From Patescibacteria group bacterium (GTDB taxonomy: Bacteria; Patescibacteriota; Microgenomatia; UBA1400; PJMF01), in assembly GCA_041747555.1 (NCBI GenBank), contig JBGTEY010000013.1:80814-144813 (forward strand): a DNA stretch of 64,000 nucleotides, written 5' to 3'. A program made the translations under genes and the position numbers. The notes under the pieces are model-generated. The model had not been told where the DNA came from. It made no database searches and saw only the letters and a list, made by a program, of their open reading frames with translations. Positions 29,703 to 38,511 of this stretch are shown here, piece after piece; positions within the stretch are counted from its first letter, which is position 1; each line of letters starts with the position of its first letter.

Positions 29703-30440
29703 TTAAGAGTGATCTAAAGTATGGTATTTCTTAAACACCGTTGCAGGTGTGTCGTCGAGGGTCAAACGACCATCTTGGAGAAGAATCGCCCGTTCACAAA
29801 AAGAGCTGACCGTTTTTTCATCATGACTAATGTAGACAATCGTCACGTCTTTTTGTTGTTTAATTTCATCAAGTTTGGTGAGACATTTTTCTTGAAACTC
29901 AAAGTCGCCGACTGCGAGAACCTCATCAATAAGTAGAATATCTGCATTAATGTGCACTGCGACAGAAAATGCCAGTCGCATCACCATCCCCGTAGAAAAT
30001 CGTTTCAAAGGTTCATGCAAAAACTCTTCAATCCCACTAAATTCAATAATGTCGCGCTCAATAAGTTCAATTTCTTTTTTATGCATGCCGAGAATTGCAG
30101 CATTCAAATATATATTTTCATACCCATTGAGCTCATGATGAAAACCTGCGCCTAATTCAATAAGCGGAGCAACTTTCCCTCGGACTTCAATAGATCCAGA
30201 GGTAGGATAGGTGACCCCTGCAATTAGTTTCATGAGCGTTGATTTGCCCGCACCGTTTTTGCCAACAACACCCAGCGTTCCACCACGCTCAAGACTAAAG
30301 TTTATATCCTTCAACACCACGTGCTTTTTCGCAAAGGATTTCCCTTGAATCAAACTTGGAATAAGATCCTTAATCGTCCGCTCACCTTGTAGGTAAAATT
30401 CTTTAGTGAGATTCTTGCACTCGATGTGTGTGTCTGTCAT
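29703..30440 (-). CDS. wzt: Polysaccharide ABC transporter ATP-binding subunit
   Basis: GKNGAGKST, LGAGFHHEL, FSTGM..RLAF, LIDEVLAVGD; 245 aa with no C-terminal carbohydrate-binding domain. Confidence 0.9.
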   Translation of the reverse strand: MTDTHIECKNLTKEFYLQGERTIKDLIPSLIQGKSFAKKHVVLKDINFSLERGGTLGVVGKNGAGKSTLMKLIAGVTYPTSGSIEVRGKVAPLIELGAGFHHELNGYENIYLNAAILGMHKKEIELIERDIIEFSGIEEFLHEPLKRFSTGMVMRLAFSVAVHINADILLIDEVLAVGDFEFQEKCLTKLDEIKQQKDVTIVYISHDEKTVSSFCERAILLQDGRLTLDDTPATVFKKYHTLDHS

Positions 30441-30450
30441 ACAATGTTCG

Positions 30451-31230
30451 CTATACTATATCTGCAAAATACTTTTCACTAACCTTAAATATTGAATATC
30501 CAACTATAAAAACAGCAAAAGAAACTACAGCCGACCAAATAATAATGCTCGTTTCAAACGGAAAGCCAAATAACGCCGACCGATAGCCTTCAACAATTCC
30601 CACCAAAGGATTAAGCTTATACACCCACACATATCGCTCAGGGACCATAGACAGCGGATACACGACAGGTGTCAAATACATACCAATCATCAAGAATAAA
30701 CGTGTCAAATGCTGCACATCTCTATAAAACAAGTTAAACGCTGCCAGAAGACATGATAATCCTGTTGTCAGAACAACTTGAATCAAGAACAATACAAAAA
30801 ACCACAGCGCAGACGCCCCAAAGGGCACACCGTATATCGCCATCATTGCAATGAAGATCGTTGAGGCAAACAAGAAATCAATGGTTTTAGCAACAATCAC
30901 AGAATACACGATAATTTCACGCGGAAACGCAACTTTTTTGAGCAAAACGTCATTACTCACCAAGCTGTCCGCTGAAGCAGAAATAGCACTTTGAAAAAAT
31001 GTCCACGGCAAAAGAGCAGCAAACAAAAATAAGGGATATGGGATATCACTCGGAAATCGAAACACCACCGAAAACACAAACGTATAGACCACCATTTGCG
31101 ACAAAGGATTGAGTAAAACCCAAAAGTACCCAACGATCGATTGCTTGTACCGCGCCTTGATCTCTCGCTGCACCAATTGATACAGAAGAAATTTATGTGA
31201 CTGAAATGGACGCAAAATGCTTGCAATCAT
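30451..31230 (-). CDS. wzm: Polysaccharide ABC-2 transporter permease
   Basis: REIKARYKQS..GYFW..LNP, KKVAFP, YRDV, TPVVYP, NPL. Confidence 0.92.
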   Translation of the reverse strand: MIASILRPFQSHKFLLYQLVQREIKARYKQSIVGYFWVLLNPLSQMVVYTFVFSVVFRFPSDIPYPLFLFAALLPWTFFQSAISASADSLVSNDVLLKKVAFPREIIVYSVIVAKTIDFLFASTIFIAMMAIYGVPFGASALWFFVLFLIQVVLTTGLSCLLAAFNLFYRDVQHLTRLFLMIGMYLTPVVYPLSMVPERYVWVYKLNPLVGIVEGYRSALFGFPFETSIIIWSAVVSFAVFIVGYSIFKVSEKYFADIV

Positions 31231-31236
31231 CGTACA

Positions 31237-31251
31237 AGTATACTATAACTT
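31237..31251. promoter_or_regulatory. Putative bidirectional overlapping -10 elements (palindrome AGTATACT)
   Basis: The 29-nt divergent gap contains TATACT on both strands; the minus-strand copy lies 6 nt from the wzm ATG at 31230. Confidence 0.55.
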
Positions 31252-31259
31252 CGCTTACT

Positions 31260-31796
31260 ATGATTCAATCTCAGGAAGAACTCGAAGAATGGTATCAAAA
31301 AGACGACCCCTGGGAGTACGAGGATTCGTTTGACGACATCAAGCGCAGAGATATCCTTTTAGCTGAATTACCCAAAAGAAACTACAAAAATGTGCTCGAT
31401 ATCGGTTGCGGTCATGGTTTCGTTACCAGAGAATTACCGGGCAAAAAGATAACTGGTCTCGATATGTCGGAACGTGCAGTAGCTCACGCCAACAAGGAGG
31501 CTAAGAAGAATAAGAACTTATCATATGTGGCTGGTGATCTTTTTAAGGTTCATGAGCTATTTCCAGAACAAAAATTTGACCTTATTATTATTACGGGTGT
31601 TTTGTATCCTCAATACATCGGCAACTCAAAAATACTGGTCTATCACTTAATTGATCAAATTTTAGAAAAGGGCGGGATTCTGATGTCGGTGCACATTAGT
31701 GACTGGTATGTATCACATTTTCCTTACTTGCAGCTTGAAAAACTGATTTACGACTACCGATCGTACACACATATAATGGAGATCTACCAAAAATGA
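31260..31796 (+). CDS. NodS-like class I SAM-dependent methyltransferase
   Basis: Y..DDPW.Y N-terminus, LP.R.Y.NVLDIGCGHG, FDLIIITGVLY. Start set to ATG 31260. Confidence 0.75.
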   Translation: MIQSQEELEEWYQKDDPWEYEDSFDDIKRRDILLAELPKRNYKNVLDIGCGHGFVTRELPGKKITGLDMSERAVAHANKEAKKNKNLSYVAGDLFKVHELFPEQKFDLIIITGVLYPQYIGNSKILVYHLIDQILEKGGILMSVHISDWYVSHFPYLQLEKLIYDYRSYTHIMEIYQK

Positions 31797-33310
31797 TATT
31801 GATGTACCACAAAATTCACCCAGATACCCCCACCATGTGGTGGGTGAGTGTTGACGAATTTTATCGTCAGCTCTGTGAGCTGCGCGGCAAAGATGTGGTG
31901 TATTTAGATGACTACGATCCTCAGGATCCAAACCAGGTAGTCATTACATTCGACGGGGTATATCAAAATGTCGTTGACTTCGCGCTCCCACTCCTCAAAA
32001 AATTTGAGTATCCATTTGAATTATTTATTGCCGGGGATCATGTGGGGAAAGACAATGGCTTTGATTCAGTTGACAAGCGAACAGGCGAAGAAACTGGCGA
32101 GCCCCTTTCATATTTTGCTGACAGCGCAGGGCTCAAAAAATTGGTTGAAGGTGGGGGCCGCCTCCAATGGCATTCAAGATCTCATCCCAATTTAACAACA
32201 CTATCCAAATCGGAAATTCAAAAAGAGCTCAAGGTGCCACAAAAATTTAAAAAACTGGATCCAAATGGATTTACTTGGTTTGCATATCCGCATGGTGAGT
32301 TCAACGATGAGGTCATCAAAGAAACACGCGACAACTTCTCTGGTGGACTATCCGTAATTCAAGGTAATGACACTGATTCCTATGTTCTTAACCGACTCAC
32401 CGTGGTAAATGACACCATGCTTTCCGACACCACCATTGGTGTCGCGATTCCATGCTACAACTACGGTTCTTATCTGGTAGAAGCGATACAATCAGTGCTC
32501 AATCAGACCAGACCTGTGGATAAAATTCTAATAATCGATGATGGTTCCAGCGACAACACTCAAGAAATAGCCCGAGTATACGTAGAGCGTTACAAACATA
32601 TTGAGTTCATACGACACGAAAAGAATCGAGGCATAATTCCAACATTCAATCGTGCGATCAAAACATTAAACACCGACTATGTCTGCCTCCTAGGAGCCGA
32701 TAATCGATTCATGAGCAACTATATTGAGGAAGCAACCCGCGTACTTGATTCAGATGAGTCAGTTGGTATTGCGTATACCGATTTTGCACTTTTTGGACCG
32801 CTTGCAAGCAGCATGTTTAGTAGATTCCCTAAGGATCATCGAGGTGAAAGCATCGATCACAAAATATACCCCGTTCATTTTCCTGAATTTACGCCTGAAC
32901 GAGCTAAAAAAATTGAAAAAGCCAACTTTATTCACGGTTCATCGGTGTATAGAAAATCAATTTTCGATGCAGTTGGTGGATACAAGGAGTCAAAAACCGC
33001 TGAAGATCATGACCTTTTCACGAGGATTATAAAAACGGGCTGGGCAGCAGGTAAAGCCCAAAACACTTTTCTTGAATACCGCCAACACTCGCGAACGCAA
33101 GTTAATGCCCAACTCATTTCTCAAGATGAATTGTTATTCTACCGATCTCAAATTCCACCACTTAGGCAAGAACTCGAACAAATCAAGTCTTCAAAATTCT
33201 GGAAACTACTCAATCTCTATAAAAATCCAAAAACTGCATCCAAAATGTATGCCGCTCGGTTTATTACTAAGGTGTATCACAAAATTTTAAACAAGCTCAA
33301 GGTCGATTAA
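31793..33310 (+). CDS. Polysaccharide deacetylase (NodB/CE4, IcaB-like) - GT2 fusion
   Basis: N-terminal ILMYHKI, ITFDG, HSRSHPNL, FAYPHG; C-terminal IPCYNYG, DDGSSD, GADN, AEDHDL; tail ELEQIKSSKFWKL. Confidence 0.85.
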   Translation: MILMYHKIHPDTPTMWWVSVDEFYRQLCELRGKDVVYLDDYDPQDPNQVVITFDGVYQNVVDFALPLLKKFEYPFELFIAGDHVGKDNGFDSVDKRTGEETGEPLSYFADSAGLKKLVEGGGRLQWHSRSHPNLTTLSKSEIQKELKVPQKFKKLDPNGFTWFAYPHGEFNDEVIKETRDNFSGGLSVIQGNDTDSYVLNRLTVVNDTMLSDTTIGVAIPCYNYGSYLVEAIQSVLNQTRPVDKILIIDDGSSDNTQEIARVYVERYKHIEFIRHEKNRGIIPTFNRAIKTLNTDYVCLLGADNRFMSNYIEEATRVLDSDESVGIAYTDFALFGPLASSMFSRFPKDHRGESIDHKIYPVHFPEFTPERAKKIEKANFIHGSSVYRKSIFDAVGGYKESKTAEDHDLFTRIIKTGWAAGKAQNTFLEYRQHSRTQVNAQLISQDELLFYRSQIPPLRQELEQIKSSKFWKLLNLYKNPKTASKMYAARFITKVYHKILNKLKVD

Positions 33311-35375
33311 TCAGCGACCGAGCCACCAATACTCCAGAGCCAGAAAGAACTGCCAGATTGGTCACCAACAGCGCTGTCACAAAATCTTGCGGTATATCCC
33401 AGTAGTGACGCAATTTTATCCACCAAAAATCAAATGTCTGCTCAAACACAATTGAGTGCATGTGCCATAGACTCCATGGATCAGTTTCAAATTCACCCCA
33501 GTAATAATAGTTCGTGTCATATAATTCTTTTGAAACTGGTGACACATATGGATAATCAATACTCGCAATATTTTGGGAAGAACTATTCACTCGCAAGTCT
33601 TGCAAGAAAATCACTTGCCTTTTCTTCAGTTCAGCTGAACCGCTACTTTCAAAACCGGACATCAAATGTATAAGAAACGGTGAAACCTCACCAGCCTCTG
33701 ATTCAAATCTGAGCGTCTCCTGAGTATTTGCCGCTATGGTAGCTGTTGCCACCTCCATTTCGTCAATCAATACCGAGACACGCGCAGATTGCGAGCTCTC
33801 AGGAACTATTTGATAATTAAAAACATCCAGCTCGAGACTTCTGATGTGCTGAGGATTATTAGTAAACGCAATTTCTGCGCGGTCGAGCACACCCCTCCAG
33901 GTAGCGTCGCCCACGTGATACGGTTCGCCAAACCCATCGCGAAGCTTAAGTCCGTACTCACCTCGGTCATATAATTGCGGTAGATCGATGAGTCGTCTCG
34001 CAGTTTGCTTTGATTGCTTAAAAAATGGCGCATACCGTGGAATTTCATTGCCGTATTCATACACGTTGAAGTTACGCCCATTGATAAATGCATCTGTTTG
34101 CAACCCAGCAAATCTAATTTGGTATGGCAGCACTATTCCAAGCATGGCAATGCCAAATCCAATTGTTGCCAGAGGATACACAACAAATCGACGCTCACTT
34201 TCTTTGAGGTGCGTTATGAGGTATCCAACCACAACGAGGAGGACCGGCAAAGTCGGCACCAAGTATCGTGGTCCCCAACTTGATTCGCCGTGCCAAACGA
34301 GATAGTCTGGACCACCCAACAATGTGCCTATAAACCAGAGGTATACTGCAAATGTGACCGCTCCAGCCCATAATTCAGGGATGATTTTCTTTGGAATCTT
34401 AAACCAAAAGATTAATAATAGTAGCAGCAAAGGACTATGCAAAAATATACTTTTACCCGGACTTAAGAGGAGTCCCCAAAAACCTTCAATAATCACGTAG
34501 ATAGGAGGAAAACTCAATCCCTGTGCCACACCGCCAGAATACCCTGCCTCACCTACGCCGCCAAACCGCACTGAATTAAACCACCAATATAAAACACCAA
34601 ATGGAAGTACTCCAATTCCCGCGTACAAAATATCAGTTATAAATGGACCGATTCTTGACCTGAGAGACTTACCCCACTGTAAAGCCAGATAATACACGCC
34701 CAGTCCCGGCAGCGTAAATAAAAACGTCGGATTATAGCTAATCATCACTAGCCCAAACCAAATGCCAGCTAATATCATGTATTTTTTTTGCTGCCCAATC
34801 ACCGATTTTCTAATATATAAAAATGCATACAATAAGCACGTCGCAAACATCAACTGTGCAAAGGTGTGCTTGGTATACGGCAGGAGATTACTACTTACCA
34901 CCAGTGCCAGACTTAACACCGCAGAAGCCTTATGAGAAACTCCCAGCTCCATCAAGAAGCGATACAAACCAACAACAAGCAATCCACCCCAAAATGCATT
35001 TGTCATACTCGCAAACAACAGCACCGGCCAATCATTTTGCAACGGAAATGCAGCGAGCGGGGGGGTATCCGCGGCACTCAAAAAAAGGTCTTCAACAATA
35101 ACTGCAGGGATTAGTGAAAGCGAGTATCCTAACCCAGTCGGGCTATAGACCTTTTCATCCGAACCCTTAACGAGACTCATGTGCAGATTTCCATCTGGAA
35201 ACAAGGCTGTCGGCATTTCGAACGTTTGATCGTAGTACATGCGGCGAGCAATGGTTAGATATTGAAAACCATCCTGTGAATCCACAAAACCAGAAGAAAT
35301 TAACATAAAAAGAGAAGCCGCAAACAAGAACAGCATCATCAGAAAATTCTTGGGAGGTTGGGCATGATTAATCAT
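33297..35375 (-). CDS. Large GT-C-like membrane glycosyltransferase with extracytoplasmic beta domain
   Basis: First loop DSQDG, many TM segments, LSPGKSIF..SP, WHG..SWGPRYL, soluble domain, C-terminal TM. Confidence 0.75.
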   Translation of the reverse strand: MINHAQPPKNFLMMLFLFAASLFMLISSGFVDSQDGFQYLTIARRMYYDQTFEMPTALFPDGNLHMSLVKGSDEKVYSPTGLGYSLSLIPAVIVEDLFLSAADTPPLAAFPLQNDWPVLLFASMTNAFWGGLLVVGLYRFLMELGVSHKASAVLSLALVVSSNLLPYTKHTFAQLMFATCLLYAFLYIRKSVIGQQKKYMILAGIWFGLVMISYNPTFLFTLPGLGVYYLALQWGKSLRSRIGPFITDILYAGIGVLPFGVLYWWFNSVRFGGVGEAGYSGGVAQGLSFPPIYVIIEGFWGLLLSPGKSIFLHSPLLLLLLIFWFKIPKKIIPELWAGAVTFAVYLWFIGTLLGGPDYLVWHGESSWGPRYLVPTLPVLLVVVGYLITHLKESERRFVVYPLATIGFGIAMLGIVLPYQIRFAGLQTDAFINGRNFNVYEYGNEIPRYAPFFKQSKQTARRLIDLPQLYDRGEYGLKLRDGFGEPYHVGDATWRGVLDRAEIAFTNNPQHIRSLELDVFNYQIVPESSQSARVSVLIDEMEVATATIAANTQETLRFESEAGEVSPFLIHLMSGFESSGSAELKKRQVIFLQDLRVNSSSQNIASIDYPYVSPVSKELYDTNYYYWGEFETDPWSLWHMHSIVFEQTFDFWWIKLRHYWDIPQDFVTALLVTNLAVLSGSGVLVARSLINRP

Positions 35376-35503
35376 GTAGTATTCAGTTCGTTCTATTTAG
35401 TACTAGCACATCATAAAATATCACAGTATTGTGTAATCTGCTGGGGAAAGTTTTTTCAGATAGACACACTTCTCAAGTAATTCTACAATTGACACACAAA
35501 CCT

Positions 35504-36952
35504 ATGACTACCAGACAAAAAAAAATAGAAAAACCATTTGTTTCCATTCTAATAGTGAACTACAACGGACGACATCTTCTAGAGGACTGCTTAGTTTCAG
35601 TATTTGAAAATGAATACCCTCAGAAATCATATGAAGTCATACTTGTTGACAACGATTCGCAAGATGAATCAACTCACTATGTCAAAGAACACTTTCCACA
35701 AATTAAACTTATAGAGAGTCAAGAAAATCTGGGATTTGCTGGTGGCAATAACCTCGCACTCAACTATGCCAGAGGTGAATATATTGTGCTCCTTAATAAT
35801 GACACCAAAGTGGATAAGAATTGGCTCTCAACACTTGTAGAAACGGCTCAAAAGCACAAAAAGGTTGGACTCATTAACTCAAAGCTTTTTTTTGGAATTC
35901 CATTTATAGAGCTACGCATTCACTCTGAGATAGCACTAAAAGCCGATATCTACGGTGACAACGATTATTCACCACTTGGCATCATTATAGAAGACATAGA
36001 AGGTGAAACTGAACAAATCTCTAATCTGGTTCACTATGCTCGTGGCTTCTACCCACCCAACAGAGATGGAAACTATGTGACTCGATGGACAAACGGTGAT
36101 GCTACCGTTCTTCTTCCTTTTACGGGTAAGAAAACAGAAAACTATACATTACTTGTCCATGGGCATCCTCATACTAGATCTTCGCAGACGAGCGTTTCTG
36201 TCTCAGTAGGCAACACAGTACTTGCAGAGTCTGTCGTGCCGTCGAAAAGTGTGAAGAAAATAAAGATTTCGCTCGAACGAGATACTATTTATGAGAACTT
36301 AATCTGGCTCGTACAAAATGCGGGGAACGCGATTTTTAAGAACGGTTTGAGTCGAGATAGAGGAGCAGTAATTACCCGGAATTCAACTGAAACTACAGAA
36401 TTTTATGATTTCGACACAGAGTACTACAACACACCCCAACAAATTTCCGCAGTCTGTGGCGCGAGTTGTTTAATAAAACGAGAAGTTATCGAGCAAGTGG
36501 GCTTATTTGATAAAAATTTCTTTATGTACTATGAGGACGTGGATCTTAGCTTATCAGCCTGGAGACTTGGATGGGATATTCTCTATGAACCTCAATCAAT
36601 TGTGTATCACAAGCATAAAACGAGTACATCCCAAGAAAGTGATGTATTTTTTTCGAGCCTTATTCTAAAAAATCATTTTCTAATTCTAATTAAACATTTT
36701 CCACCTCGAATGTGGGTAAAAAAATTAGTATTATTTGGGATTAAACTAATTCTGGTACTTTCGGTACTTAAAGCCTTTTCCTACGTGAGATACTACGGGA
36801 AATATTATCGCCGCTTTGCAAAAGAGGTGGATAGTCGGTACAAAGCCTCAGTAGAATTACGACGAGCATTTAAGCAAGTCTGGCACGATAGAGGTAGTAT
36901 TCGCCAAAGACAAGTGCGCGATTTCGAAGAATTGTCAAAGAACTTATACTAA
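35504..36952 (+). CDS. GT2 glycosyltransferase with a large internal insertion
   Basis: VNYNG, NLGFAGGNN, LLNND, then about 135 extra aa, then QNAG, CGASCLI, FFMYYEDVDLS. Start set to ATG 35504. Confidence 0.88.
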   Translation: MTTRQKKIEKPFVSILIVNYNGRHLLEDCLVSVFENEYPQKSYEVILVDNDSQDESTHYVKEHFPQIKLIESQENLGFAGGNNLALNYARGEYIVLLNNDTKVDKNWLSTLVETAQKHKKVGLINSKLFFGIPFIELRIHSEIALKADIYGDNDYSPLGIIIEDIEGETEQISNLVHYARGFYPPNRDGNYVTRWTNGDATVLLPFTGKKTENYTLLVHGHPHTRSSQTSVSVSVGNTVLAESVVPSKSVKKIKISLERDTIYENLIWLVQNAGNAIFKNGLSRDRGAVITRNSTETTEFYDFDTEYYNTPQQISAVCGASCLIKREVIEQVGLFDKNFFMYYEDVDLSLSAWRLGWDILYEPQSIVYHKHKTSTSQESDVFFSSLILKNHFLILIKHFPPRMWVKKLVLFGIKLILVLSVLKAFSYVRYYGKYYRRFAKEVDSRYKASVELRRAFKQVWHDRGSIRQRQVRDFEELSKNLY

Positions 36953-36972
36953 GTGATTACTAACCACGCCCT

Positions 36973-38511
36973 ATGAAAAAAACAGCAGCAATTTACGACC
37001 GATGGTTATCAACTTTAGGTGGAGGAGAGCAGGTAGCGTTTGCTTATGCCCAAACACTGCATGAGCTTGGCTACGCAGTCGAGCTACTGACACACAAGAA
37101 GCTTGATATCACTGCAGCAGAAAAGAAAATGGGCGTTTCTCTGGAAAATATAGGCGTCAGATATCTTCCTGAAGCAACCAGCCAACTATTGTCTGGAATT
37201 AGCGAAAAATATGATGTATTTATCAATACCTCACACTTGGATTATTTTCCAAATCGTTCAAAAAATGGCATCTTATCTGTATTTTTCCCGGGTCTTCTGC
37301 GTCTCAACCCGTACGAATATCTCAAGAGAGCACTTTTTATCCCTTCATTCAGAAAACTTTTTGTCTATCCATCACGCTATGAAGGATTTACGCACGATCA
37401 ATATCGTGATGGGAAAATATATAAATGGCTGTCTCATGAAGCTGGCATTGCTTTTAAAGACTCAATTTCACAATTACAAATCACCTTATTTTTTAAATCA
37501 ATGACGTTCGCTGTAATTGACCAAATTACGTTTCAGCTCGATGACGAATCAATCACTCCCAGCAATCGCACTGCAAATCACAACGACAACACTATTGAGT
37601 ATACTTTTACACTTAATGGCACAAAGAACAAAACGCTTAAAATAATTCTTCCTGACCACCCGTATTCTAACGAAATAGCATTGCTTAATTTGACGATCCC
37701 AAGTGTTCGCTACACACTCTACAACCTCTTTAAAAAATTGTTCCCCACGTATGAAATGCGATTGCATGGAGGGCCTGGAGTAACACAGCTATCAGACTTA
37801 AAATCTTATGACAGGATTGTAACTATTTCTGCGTTTTGCCAAAAATGGATCAAGAATTACTGGGCACTTCCCAGTAGTATTTTGTACCCACCAGTAAATA
37901 CCACAAATTTTAGTCCTGCCAAAAGTAAAAAGAATATTATTCTCCATGTTGGTAGGTTTTTTGTTTCAGGCCACAATAAAAAACAATTAGCCTTGGCAAA
38001 ATTATTTAAGCATATGGTACACAAGTATGGCATCACAGATTGGGAACTTCATTTTGTCGGAAGCATCGCCGATGGCGAAACGCATCACAGTTACTTTCAG
38101 CGTGTCCAGTCTGAAGCAAGAGATGTACCAATTTTTTTCCACACCGATACTCCTTTCACAGAGCTTCAGCATATTTTTTCGGAAGCTAAAATTTATTGGC
38201 ATGCGACGGGCCTGGACGAAGATGAAGAGAAAAACCCCGGTGCATTTGAACATTTCGGTATTACTACTGTCGAAGCAATGGCTTCTGGGTGTGTTCCCGT
38301 GGTTATCAGCGGGGGTGGACAAAAAGAAATAGTTACAGCAGGTTCTGGTTTTGTGTGTGAATCAAGAAAAGATTTGGTTGAACAAACATTGATACTCATG
38401 AAAGACGCTAACCTTTTAAAGTCCATGAGCAAGGAAGCTATTAAACGCAGCGATTACTTTAGTAGAGAACGATTCAAAGAACGGTTTAAAGCATTGATTT
38501 CTCAACCATGA
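36973..38511 (+). CDS. GT4 glycosyltransferase with a large internal insertion
   Basis: LGGGE, HVGRFF, YWHATG, EHFGITTVEAMASG; paralog of 1654..2757 but about 145 aa longer. Confidence 0.88.
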   Translation: MKKTAAIYDRWLSTLGGGEQVAFAYAQTLHELGYAVELLTHKKLDITAAEKKMGVSLENIGVRYLPEATSQLLSGISEKYDVFINTSHLDYFPNRSKNGILSVFFPGLLRLNPYEYLKRALFIPSFRKLFVYPSRYEGFTHDQYRDGKIYKWLSHEAGIAFKDSISQLQITLFFKSMTFAVIDQITFQLDDESITPSNRTANHNDNTIEYTFTLNGTKNKTLKIILPDHPYSNEIALLNLTIPSVRYTLYNLFKKLFPTYEMRLHGGPGVTQLSDLKSYDRIVTISAFCQKWIKNYWALPSSILYPPVNTTNFSPAKSKKNIILHVGRFFVSGHNKKQLALAKLFKHMVHKYGITDWELHFVGSIADGETHHSYFQRVQSEARDVPIFFHTDTPFTELQHIFSEAKIYWHATGLDEDEEKNPGAFEHFGITTVEAMASGCVPVVISGGGQKEIVTAGSGFVCESRKDLVEQTLILMKDANLLKSMSKEAIKRSDYFSRERFKERFKALISQP

